Positions 45,838-54,706 of a stretch of 64,000 nucleotides of DNA are shown piece after piece. A program made the translations under genes and the position numbers. The notes beneath the pieces were generated by a model. The model was not told the DNA's origin, did no database searches, and saw only the letters and a list, made by a program, of their open reading frames with translations. Location of the stretch: NCBI GenBank assembly GCA_965200315.1, contig OZ241362.1:1248001-1312000 (forward strand), written 5' to 3'. The stretch is from Candidatus Latescibacterota bacterium (GTDB taxonomy: Bacteria > Latescibacterota > UBA2968 > UBA8231). Each line of letters starts with the position of its first letter. The first letter of the stretch is position 1.

Positions 45838-47654
45838 TACTCCTGCTCCACCACCAAGACCCGATCGACCGGCTCGTTGCGCCGCGCTTGCACACTGCCG
45901 TCGGGCCAAGTGATTTCGATTCGCTCCACCAGTGCGCAGTCGCCCAAGCCAAAGTGCAACCGGCTGTCGCTCGCCGACAAATAGGACCCCCCGCCAATCC
46001 GCTGGCGCGTTTGCACCGCACCGCCGCAGAACACCCGCACCCGCGCCCCAACCGCATCACGGTTTGCCCGCGTCCCCACCAACCGCAGGGACAGCCAGTG
46101 ATGTCTCGACTGCAGTTCGTTGCGGTACAGCCGCGCCGCGCCATCGACGTTGGTCACCAGCACGTCCAAGTCGCCGTCGTTGTCGCAATCGCCATAAGCA
46201 GCCCCGCGCGACACCGCGGACAGCTCAAAGGCCGGGCCGCTGTGGGCCGACACATCGGCGAAAATTCCGCGACCCTTGTTGGCGAAAAGCTGGTTGGGCT
46301 GGGCGTGGCTCAACGCTGAGTCCTGTAAGGCGATGCGGTCGAGGACGTGGCCGTTGGCCACGAACAAATCCACATCGGCGTCGTTGTCGACGTCGGCAAA
46401 AAACGCGCCAAACCCCAGCGGCAGCAAGGTCGGACCGCGCAGGCCAGCTACCTCCGTCGCATCGGCAAAGCGACCGGCGCCCTCGTTGCGGTACAGCGTG
46501 TTGCTCTCGCGGGAAAAGTTGGTCACCAACAGGTCGGCATCCCCATCGGCATCCCCATCGCCGACCGCGATTCCCATGCCGGCCTCGGCTCGGCCGTCGC
46601 CATTGTACGCAGCCCCGGCCGCCAACCCGGACTCGGCAAACGTGCCGTTGCCGCGATTGCGATAGAAAAAATTGCGCGTACCATCATTGGCCACGTACAC
46701 ATCGAGGTGCCCATCGGAGTCGAAATCAGCGGCCGCGACCCCAAGCCCCTTGCCAAAGGGACTAAAGACTCCGCTGGCCTGCGTCACCTCGAAAAAATGC
46801 CCGTCGCCCTCGTTGCGAAATAGCGCGTCTGGCGCGCCGTTGTAGCGCCTCGGGCTGCAATAGGTCCGCTGGCCAGCCGGAACGCGCAAAGAAACTCCGC
46901 TGCTGGCGACCGCGCCGCCGCACAAGCGGTTCGTGTCCGGCGTCAAGTCGAGGTAGTTAGCCACATATAGGTCGAGATCGCCGTCGTTGTCGTAGTCGAA
47001 AAAGGCCGCGCTCGTGCTCCAGTGGAGGTCGGCCACGCCCGCCGCCTGCGCCCGCTCGGCAAAGGTGCCGTCCTCCTGATTGCGATAGAAGGCATTGCGG
47101 CCATAGTTGGTCACATAGAGATCCGAGCGACCGTCGTTGTCGTAATCGCCGACCGCGCACCCCATGCCGTAGCCCAAATCGCCAGTCCCCGTTCGCTCGG
47201 TGACCTCGCGGAAGGCCTGGCCCGTATTTTGGTAGAGGCGATTTTGCGTCTGGCCTACGCCAGGAGCCTGGCGCAACGCCAACACCGAAGTATCCACTCG
47301 GCCGTCGTAGCGCAGGGGCGGCCGGAAGTCCTCGACGACCCAAGTACCCGTCGAATCCCCAGCCACCAGATTAACGGGCACCAAGCGCTCGCGCCATGGC
47401 GACAGGTCAAAACCATCCACTAAATACACGTCCAGCCAGCCGTCGTCGTCGTAGTCGAAAAAGGCCGCGCCAGCCCCCATCGTCTCAATCAGAAAGTAAT
47501 CGCCGCTGGCGCCGCTGGTGTGGCGGAAATCTAGCCCGGCCTCGGTAGCTACCTCGACGAAAAAGGCCGAGCGCTCGGGCGTGGCGCAGCCGCAGCACAG
47601 GAGAAAACAAACCAAAGGCAGGCACAAAGTGGATGGATGGACGTAGCTGTTCAC
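45837..47654 (-). CDS. CRTAC1-family lipoprotein (FG-GAP repeats plus ASPIC-UnbV domain)
   Basis: Cys-containing signal (LLCCGC); ETMGAG; repeated DYDNDG.DLYV.N; GGSYLSASDSRLHFGLG...ITWPDG. Confidence 0.9.
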   Translation of the reverse strand: MNSYVHPSTLCLPLVCFLLCCGCATPERSAFFVEVATEAGLDFRHTSGASGDYFLIETMGAGAAFFDYDDDGWLDVYLVDGFDLSPWRERLVPVNLVAGDSTGTWVVEDFRPPLRYDGRVDTSVLALRQAPGVGQTQNRLYQNTGQAFREVTERTGTGDLGYGMGCAVGDYDNDGRSDLYVTNYGRNAFYRNQEDGTFAERAQAAGVADLHWSTSAAFFDYDNDGDLDLYVANYLDLTPDTNRLCGGAVASSGVSLRVPAGQRTYCSPRRYNGAPDALFRNEGDGHFFEVTQASGVFSPFGKGLGVAAADFDSDGHLDVYVANDGTRNFFYRNRGNGTFAESGLAAGAAYNGDGRAEAGMGIAVGDGDADGDADLLVTNFSRESNTLYRNEGAGRFADATEVAGLRGPTLLPLGFGAFFADVDNDADVDLFVANGHVLDRIALQDSALSHAQPNQLFANKGRGIFADVSAHSGPAFELSAVSRGAAYGDCDNDGDLDVLVTNVDGAARLYRNELQSRHHWLSLRLVGTRANRDAVGARVRVFCGGAVQTRQRIGGGSYLSASDSRLHFGLGDCALVERIEITWPDGSVQARRNEPVDRVLVVEQE

Positions 47655-47700
47655 TGCAAAAAAATAAGTCTCACCCTAAGTACCCGACAGTAGGGTATTT

Positions 47701-47735
47701 CCTGGGATCGCGGGCAGGATGCCCGCGATCCCAGG
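47701..47735. repeat. Perfect 16-bp-stem hairpin, REP-like element
   Basis: CCTGGGATCGCGGGCA-GGA-TGCCCGCGATCCCAGG; resembles the GCGGGCATCCTGCCCGC class of extragenic palindromes. Confidence 0.7.
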
Positions 47736-47777
47736 GCGATACCAATAGAGCCAAGTGGATAGTGTCCAGTGTCGAGC

Positions 47778-48110
47778 CCCGCAGTGCGGCCGGATACGAA
47801 ACCGCGCTGATTGGCCGCATGCACTTTGTCGGCCTCGATCAGCGCCACGGCTTTGAGCACCGGCCCATCGGCGAATACAGCGGACGACATAGGGGAATGG
47901 AACGACTTGGGCAACGCTCGCGCCTGCGCCGCCGTGCGGCAAAATTTGCTCAACCAACTCTACGCGGATTGGGATCCCGAGCAGGTGGCCCAGCGCAGCG
48001 CGGAACTGACGCGAGATGCACAAGTGCTGACGGCGTGGGGGCGGGCGGTGCAGCCCCTGCACGAAGACACCCTGCCCGTCGAAGCTGTCGAGGATGTGGT
48101 GCGCTGTTGA
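47778..48110 (+). pseudogene. Internally deleted sulfatase (choline-sulfatase-like) remnant
   Basis: AGYETALIGRMHFVGLDQRHGFE (sulfatase GY.T..IG.xH motif) joined in another frame to D.GEWNDLG...LY.DWDPE (sulfatase C-terminus). Confidence 0.7.
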
Positions 48111-48120
48111 GGGGCTTGCC

Positions 48121-51100
48121 TCACATATACGACAGAAAGTGCCCGGTCTCGCCCAGTACGCCGTCGATACACAGCCACAATCCGGCCGCGGTCGCCTCGC
48201 CCAAAATCAACCCTAAGAAGAAGGGCTTGGCCCGCTCGTAGAGCGGCATCCCACCCCACTTGACAATGACCAGCTTGAGCGCCCACGCGATGAACACCGA
48301 AAACCACACCTGATTAGCCAGCCAGCCCACGCTGACGATAAACCCCAGCGGGTGCAGCGGCCACCAGTAAAACCGATGATGTCCCCACAACAGCACGGCC
48401 TCGACGAGGCCACCGATGCCAGTAAACAACCAACCGCGCCCGTCGGCTGGCAGCGGATCGACGATCGGCCGCGCCATGTCGGTAAACGTGCGCGTGGCCT
48501 GATGGGTCATAAAAAACGGATGCAAATTGATCCCACCGTACTCATAGCACACCTGAAAAATGATCCACGTCGCCCCGGCCAAACTCACCACCAACGCCAG
48601 CGCCATCCCCCAAAACAGCCGCCTTTTAGAGCCAACCACCGCCTCGGCCAGCTTGAGCGAATTGGCCGCGGCAATCAGCGGAAAGAGCCGCATCTCGGAC
48701 TGCCAGACGTAGGTAAAGGTCAGGGCCGTCAGCCCCTTGGCCCCAATCACCGGTGCGCCAACAGCGGAAATGACGAAAAACGCCGCCACCATCGGCGAGC
48801 GCGCCGTCGCTAGCCCGGCCGTGGCCACCGCCCGCGTGACGAACACGTAGAAGATCAAGCACACCAGCAAAAACAGCGGCAAAACCGCCAGCGGCACCCC
48901 GGACGCCCACAGCCAGACGCCCACGAAGAGCAGGCTGGCCAAAAAGCCAAAGACCGCCACCCGATAGGAAAGCATTTCCCCGGCATCATCCACCGCTGGG
49001 TCGCCGCGCCACGCCTTGCGCCACACCGCCCCTAGATGACGCCGCCCCATCCACAAGGTGTAGCCGACAAAAATCAGACAGGCCCCCATCACCTCGTGCG
49101 TCAGGTCCGCAGTCTGCGAGTAGGAGTAGAGACTCAGCTTTTCGCGGCTGGCAATGCCCAACGAGGCAAATAGCCCCTCTTGCGCCTTGTTGAAGACGTA
49201 GAAAAACCAAATCGAAAAGGAAATGTCGAGGTTGACCAAATAGAAAAAGCCGATCCACGAATACACCCAAGTCAAATGCAGGGACGTCCCTTGGCCGATC
49301 CACGACAGGACCCCAGCCGACTGGATCGGCTTAGGCACCGCCGGGAAGTAGTAGTGCAGCCCCTTGAGCGACAGCAACGCGAACGGCACTGCGAAGCCGA
49401 TCCACAACAGCCGCTGCTTAAAAAGCGGCGTCAGCTTAAACCCCGGCCGGCCCTCCTCCACCATCTTGAGCGGCAGTTGCACCATGGGATAGGCCAGCCG
49501 CTCGTGCTGCGACCACTGCCGGTGCAGAATGGAACTCATGCAGAGCATCATAAAGCTCAGCACCAAAAAGAACACGTACCAATAGCTCAGCGTCTCGGTC
49601 CAAGCCCCCCACGGAATGCCCTCCCCAAGCGGCAGCCCCTCGTGCAAATCGACAATGGCCTGCCGGTCCTGCGGCACCAGCCACGGCGTCACGTGCGAAA
49701 AGAAAATTTCGGCCCAGTTGTTTTCCGGGGTCGCGTAGTAGTACAGCCCGCTGATGATCGGAATTAGGTAGCCGACAAACGCCTGCGTTGGCACGGCCGA
49801 CGCCAACAGCATCATCGCATAAATGAGCACTAAATCGGCCCGCCCCAAGGCGAGGCCGCGGCCCAGTGCCCGCAGCAGGGTATTGACCACCACCACCAAA
49901 ACGAAAAACAGAAAGATCGCCCCGGGCGACGAGCTGTTGAGTGCCATGTACGACCCTTGCAGCATAATTATCGCGTAGGGTGCGCCCACGCCGATGCCCA
50001 AGGCCAACAGGCCCCCCACGGCAAATCCCCGCCAAGTAAAGGACGCGGCCTGTTCCACTGCCGACTGCTCCTCTGTGCGCTCCGCGGTCTGCTCGGCCGC
50101 CAGTGCGCGCGCCGACTCCACGTGCTGGACGCGCTCGGACTCACGCAGCGCGTACCAAATCAACATCTGCTTCCGCAGAGCCTCCACCAGCCGCAGGTTG
50201 AGCCGCTGCCAGTAGTGATGCTCGCCGCTTAACCGGCGCAGCCTGACTCCCATCGCCCGCGCCCGCTGTCCAGCCGGCGCGAACTCCACGACCACCTCTT
50301 GGCTCACCCCCAAGTCGAACGGGGCCAGCCACAGCGCAAACGAGAGGCGATAGCCGTCGGCCTGCGTAACGTGCATATCTTCGACGTAAAAATCCCCCAG
50401 CGTCGCCCGGCCAAAGGCCCCAAAGTAGTTGGCCAAAAAGCCGCACACCCCCTCGACCTCTCCCTCGCCGAGCATGAAGGGGAACTCAAACAACCACTCG
50501 TCGCCGCTGGGCGGGTCCGGCCGCCAGCGCCGTACCACGTCTGGCACGGCCTGCCGCGCCGCCTGCCGCGCCGGATAGATCGTCGATAGCAACACCACCC
50601 CCATCACCGCCAGCGCAGCCCCAATCGCCGCCAGCGACGAGTAGTTCAAGGTAATGCCCTGCAACAGCCCCAACGCCAACAGCACCCGCCCCAACCCCTG
50701 GCCCAGCAAGTAGCCCAACGTCGTCCCCAGCACCGCATAGACGCAGGCTTCGGCCACAAACAGCAGCGCGATGTGCAAGGGGGCCAGCCCCACCGAAGAG
50801 TAGATGCCAATCTCGCGCAGGCGTTCGTACACCGCCCCCATCATCGCATTGAGCACAATGAGCGCGGCCACCAGCGCGGGAATCGCCAGCGCCCCCAGCC
50901 CTTTCACGGCCGTCAGCCCCACTGAACTCAGAGCGGTCACCCTCCCGTCCGGCGAGCCGACAAACAAGGTGGCCGCCACCCTCGTCAGATAATCCTCGAC
51001 CAGCCCCTGCCCGTCGGTCGCCCCCGGAAAGCGCACGGCCACCGAGCGCAAGCTGCCCCCGGCCTCGGCCAGCGTTTGATAGGGCACGAGGACCACGTGG

Positions 51101-54100
51101 TGTGGCTCTAGGTGGATGAAGGGCCGGAGTTCGCGTGGATCCTCCTCGCCGGCAATATCCACGTCCTGCGCCGCCCCTAGCTGGAGCACCTCTGCGCCCG
51201 ATAGGACAAAATCGGCCGGCATCAGGCTCTCGTCGTCGAGGTCGCGCAGTTCACCCAACTGCTCTGGATCGGCAATCCCGCGCACCTCCAGCGCACGTCC
51301 AAACACCTCGATCCGGTCCCCAACCCCAATACCCAAAGCCGCGGCCATGTCCAACGGCAGGATGCAGGTAGCCTCGTCATCCGCGGTAAAAAACGATCCG
51401 GCCACCAAACTCTTATCTACCGCGGTGATTTGCGCTTCCTCCGGCGTCAGGCCCAACAAGCCCGTAGCCCGCACCGCCTTCCCCGCCGCGGCCACCGCAA
51501 TCCAGCTCCCCTTGCCGCCTTCGGCCGCGTACCAACCGCGCCGCCCCATCCAGCCGCTGCCGCCAAAGTGCGATTCGGCGTAGTCGAGCGCTTCCGGCGT
51601 CAGGCGCTCCCAGCCGCGATCGCGGATGAGGATCCCAGGGTACGCCCCGGCGTGGGGCAGCCGGAAACTCGCGTAGCGGATTTGCTGTTCAAACGAGGTA
51701 AACGAGAGCAGGGTAAACGTCAAAAGCGTCAGGGTCGCCAGCGTCAGACCAGTGCGCAACGGCCGCCGCCGCATGTTGGAAATCCCCAGCATGAAGGCCG
51801 CATAACTCGCGCTCAAGCGGCTCAGATCCTCGGCGTGGACCCGTGTCTGCTGGCTCTGGTGCTGGGCCATGACGCGGTTGAACCGACCTACCAGCATACA
51901 GAGCACCAAGGCCGCCATCGCCATGATAGCAAACGCCAACAGCACCACCAGCGGCTCGGCCAGCTCAAAGGCCGGATGCACCTGCGCCAAAATCAGCCAA
52001 ATCGCCAGCAATAACAGCCCAAAGCCAGCGAGCTGCCGGCGAATATCGGCCGCGGCAAACAAGAGCCGCTCCCCTAAAAAGGCGGCCGGCAACAACAGCG
52101 CCATAAAGAAAATCACCCCTTCGAGGACGTCGTTGAGCGTCGCCAAGACCTCTGGATAGGCCCGCGTCTCCAAGCCCAGCGCCTTGCGGCTCCACGCCAC
52201 GTACTCATCCCACTTTAGCTGCTCGGCCGCTGATTCCGCTTCGGCTATGGCCGCGGCCGCCTGCTCGTGTAGGCGCGTCAACCGCTGATTTTCAATGCCG
52301 TGCTCCTTGAGCATCCCCAGCCGCACCTCATCCAAGTTCCACACGTCTCGCGCCGCCTGTAGCGTCGCAGCCCCAAATCCCTCTTCGGTCAGCAAAAACC
52401 CCGCACCCCGCGCCTCGCTCTCGCTTTGGCTGCCCTCGCTGTTGAGCAGCAAAAGTTGGCCGTCCAAAATCACTTTGACGCGATCGTCGGCCGCAGCATC
52501 AGCCGGCCCGTAGATTACCCCCACCGAGCCGATGCTGCTCTTACCTAAGGAGTACCCGTACTGACCCGGTTCGCCCTCGTCCGCCGACAGCACTTTTACT
52601 TTGGTCAACGCGCGTAAAAAGCGCGGCTCGACCAAGCCGTACAAGGGCCGACCCACTCCGGGAAAGAGCACGGCGATCTGCTCGTTTTGCAGCCAGCGCA
52701 CATTCTTGGCCAAGCGGCCATCTGACCTCGGTTTCCCGTGGTGCGCTTGCGCACGGGTGCTCAAATCCACGACGTGGGTAATCGCCCCCCGCTCGGCGTC
52801 TAGCGCCGCCACCGCCAGTGGATACGTCCCCTGCACCAGCCCGGGGACCCGCGCCACCCCGATGGCATCCGTGAGAAAGTAGCGCGTGTTACGCACTCCT
52901 TTGCGCTCTTCCTCCTCCACCTGTACCGCCACCAGCGCCCCAGCCACCGGCCGGTCTGGCACCTGACTGCGCCGGGGGAAGGTCCGCGCTTTGACCCGCA
53001 AATCCCGCAGCCGATCTTCCAACGCCGCCGCGAGCCGCTCGCGCCCAGCCAACAGCACTGTATCGGCCAACGCATAAGCCAGCAGATCGGCCACCAACGC
53101 CGCCTGCTTCTCCACATTATCCCACGCCACGCGCTCGCCCGTGTCCTGCGGCAAATCCAGCGCAAAACGGGCGTCGCCTACCGTAGCCAGCGTCAGCGAC
53201 GGGAATCCCGCTTCGAGCACCAACTCCCCGTCCGCGGCCAAACCCCCGGGCATGTAGCTATCCCAATCCATCCCCCGAATTGGGCTGATGCCATTGGCCA
53301 CGGCCTCGGCGCGGCCTAGTGCCTCCGCGTACTCGGCAAAGCGACGGCCAAAGGGCACGAAAAACCGCTTGAGCGCGTAGCTATCCGTGTTGTTCCACAG
53401 CACCACCCGCTCGCCGTGGCTGGACAAATCGAGACCAATGAACAGGCCGATATCCAGCGGCTCGGCGAGCCGGGCCGCGTAGTGCTCTTGGCGGCGAGCG
53501 TGCCGGTCGAGAAAGGCGACCATGCCCTGCCGCCCCAAGAAGTGGGCCCCTAGCGCGGCGAGTACCACCGTGTGCGCTGGCGGGTTCGCTTGCAAGCGAG
53601 CAGCCACCTCCAACAGCACCGCTACACTCACGGCCGCCTCGGCTCCTGGTGCCCGCGCTGGCACCACGGATGGCGCGTCGTAATACGCATGGACGAGCAC
53701 GGTCTCGTCCCGCAAAGTCCCCGCATGCCGCCCCGGCACCACGGCCCACACGTTGTACGCCATCCGCTCCTGCCAATCCATCCGCCCCCACAGCTCCACC
53801 TCCACTTCTCCACCCACCAACCGCCGCCGCAACCGCTCTCCAGCGGTCCTCTCCACCCAAAACCGCGGCACATCCAACGGCGCCCGCACGTACTTGCCCT
53901 GCGCCTGCTGCGTGGTAGCTGAATCCGCCGCCACAAACACCACCGCCCGTGCTCCCAACGACGCGGCCTTCAGCCAATTGTCCCCACTGGCAAAGTCCAG
54001 CAGCACCACCCGCCCAGCCACCTCCTGCCCATTAAAATCGCCCCAATCCCCATCGCCGCCCCAAATCGCCGGGATCCGCAACCCCTCCGGCGGCACGGTC

Positions 54101-54393
54101 GAAGTCCGCACCCCATTCGGCCACACCGCGTACAAGGCGACCGACTCATCTTCCCATTCCAACCGCCCACCCTTGTCGATGGGCACCACCACCGCAAAGG
54201 AGTCGCGTCGCGTCGCTAGCCCCAACGCCTGCAACTGCCCCTCCACGTATTCCGCTGCTTGATTGCTCCCCGGATAGCCGGCCACCCGCGACCCTAGCGA
54301 GGACAAATGCTCCACGACCGCTCGCGGCCCGGCCGAAGCCGCCCCCGGGGTCATGGCAACGGCATATAACAAGGCTATAATCAGCGCAGTCAT
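48121..54393 (-). CDS. Giant fusion: M28-like/PA ectodomain plus FtsX/MacB-type permease plus DUF6785/DUF6784-type polytopic transporter domain
   Basis: ATG at 54393 with signal peptide. R.AG.PG...A..Y; AYYD...APGA; NMRRRPLRTGLTL; VYERLREIGIYSSVGLAP; QW...ERL.YP..QLP; WWPLHPLG; PFFLGLILGE. Confidence 0.85.
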   Translation of the reverse strand: MTALIIALLYAVAMTPGAASAGPRAVVEHLSSLGSRVAGYPGSNQAAEYVEGQLQALGLATRRDSFAVVVPIDKGGRLEWEDESVALYAVWPNGVRTSTVPPEGLRIPAIWGGDGDWGDFNGQEVAGRVVLLDFASGDNWLKAASLGARAVVFVAADSATTQQAQGKYVRAPLDVPRFWVERTAGERLRRRLVGGEVEVELWGRMDWQERMAYNVWAVVPGRHAGTLRDETVLVHAYYDAPSVVPARAPGAEAAVSVAVLLEVAARLQANPPAHTVVLAALGAHFLGRQGMVAFLDRHARRQEHYAARLAEPLDIGLFIGLDLSSHGERVVLWNNTDSYALKRFFVPFGRRFAEYAEALGRAEAVANGISPIRGMDWDSYMPGGLAADGELVLEAGFPSLTLATVGDARFALDLPQDTGERVAWDNVEKQAALVADLLAYALADTVLLAGRERLAAALEDRLRDLRVKARTFPRRSQVPDRPVAGALVAVQVEEEERKGVRNTRYFLTDAIGVARVPGLVQGTYPLAVAALDAERGAITHVVDLSTRAQAHHGKPRSDGRLAKNVRWLQNEQIAVLFPGVGRPLYGLVEPRFLRALTKVKVLSADEGEPGQYGYSLGKSSIGSVGVIYGPADAAADDRVKVILDGQLLLLNSEGSQSESEARGAGFLLTEEGFGAATLQAARDVWNLDEVRLGMLKEHGIENQRLTRLHEQAAAAIAEAESAAEQLKWDEYVAWSRKALGLETRAYPEVLATLNDVLEGVIFFMALLLPAAFLGERLLFAAADIRRQLAGFGLLLLAIWLILAQVHPAFELAEPLVVLLAFAIMAMAALVLCMLVGRFNRVMAQHQSQQTRVHAEDLSRLSASYAAFMLGISNMRRRPLRTGLTLATLTLLTFTLLSFTSFEQQIRYASFRLPHAGAYPGILIRDRGWERLTPEALDYAESHFGGSGWMGRRGWYAAEGGKGSWIAVAAAGKAVRATGLLGLTPEEAQITAVDKSLVAGSFFTADDEATCILPLDMAAALGIGVGDRIEVFGRALEVRGIADPEQLGELRDLDDESLMPADFVLSGAEVLQLGAAQDVDIAGEEDPRELRPFIHLEPHHVVLVPYQTLAEAGGSLRSVAVRFPGATDGQGLVEDYLTRVAATLFVGSPDGRVTALSSVGLTAVKGLGALAIPALVAALIVLNAMMGAVYERLREIGIYSSVGLAPLHIALLFVAEACVYAVLGTTLGYLLGQGLGRVLLALGLLQGITLNYSSLAAIGAALAVMGVVLLSTIYPARQAARQAVPDVVRRWRPDPPSGDEWLFEFPFMLGEGEVEGVCGFLANYFGAFGRATLGDFYVEDMHVTQADGYRLSFALWLAPFDLGVSQEVVVEFAPAGQRARAMGVRLRRLSGEHHYWQRLNLRLVEALRKQMLIWYALRESERVQHVESARALAAEQTAERTEEQSAVEQAASFTWRGFAVGGLLALGIGVGAPYAIIMLQGSYMALNSSSPGAIFLFFVLVVVVNTLLRALGRGLALGRADLVLIYAMMLLASAVPTQAFVGYLIPIISGLYYYATPENNWAEIFFSHVTPWLVPQDRQAIVDLHEGLPLGEGIPWGAWTETLSYWYVFFLVLSFMMLCMSSILHRQWSQHERLAYPMVQLPLKMVEEGRPGFKLTPLFKQRLLWIGFAVPFALLSLKGLHYYFPAVPKPIQSAGVLSWIGQGTSLHLTWVYSWIGFFYLVNLDISFSIWFFYVFNKAQEGLFASLGIASREKLSLYSYSQTADLTHEVMGACLIFVGYTLWMGRRHLGAVWRKAWRGDPAVDDAGEMLSYRVAVFGFLASLLFVGVWLWASGVPLAVLPLFLLVCLIFYVFVTRAVATAGLATARSPMVAAFFVISAVGAPVIGAKGLTALTFTYVWQSEMRLFPLIAAANSLKLAEAVVGSKRRLFWGMALALVVSLAGATWIIFQVCYEYGGINLHPFFMTHQATRTFTDMARPIVDPLPADGRGWLFTGIGGLVEAVLLWGHHRFYWWPLHPLGFIVSVGWLANQVWFSVFIAWALKLVIVKWGGMPLYERAKPFFLGLILGEATAAGLWLCIDGVLGETGHFLSYM

Positions 54394-54555
54394 AGCGTCC
54401 CAATATCGGCACCCAGCATTCCGTCTAGCAAGCAAACCAACGCGGCTTTGCCGGGGGCGGAACACTTCCGCGGCAATCACCTTGTCACGCCCCTTCTGTA
54501 ACTGATGTTACGCACAGGTATGGGGTGAGGGAGGCTTCGACGCCGCGTTGCGGCA

Positions 54556-54620
54556 CTCAGCATGACAGGGCACGGGAAAAAGCCTACCCTTGTCATGCTG
54601 AGCAAAGCGAAGCATCTCAG
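54556..54620. repeat. REP-like inverted repeat of the TGTCATGCTGAGC..AGCGAAGCATCT type
   Basis: CTCAGCATGACA (54556-54567) is inverted to TGTCATGCTGAG (54591-54602), which continues CAAAGCGAAGCATCTC; lies in a divergent intergenic region. Confidence 0.65.
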
Positions 54621-54706
54621 ACCCAAGGCTTATGCGTAACGACACTTCTGTACGTGGAACTTCAGCTATCGGCGAGATGTTCAAACGCAATTATAAGGAG
54701 GGCTTC

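Noticed and set aside
44194-47654. Repeated gccgtcgttgtcgta(a/g)tcg DNA motifs as a CRISPR or tandem array
   Set aside because: They encode the DYDNDG FG-GAP protein repeats, are irregularly spaced and degenerate, and no cas genes are present.
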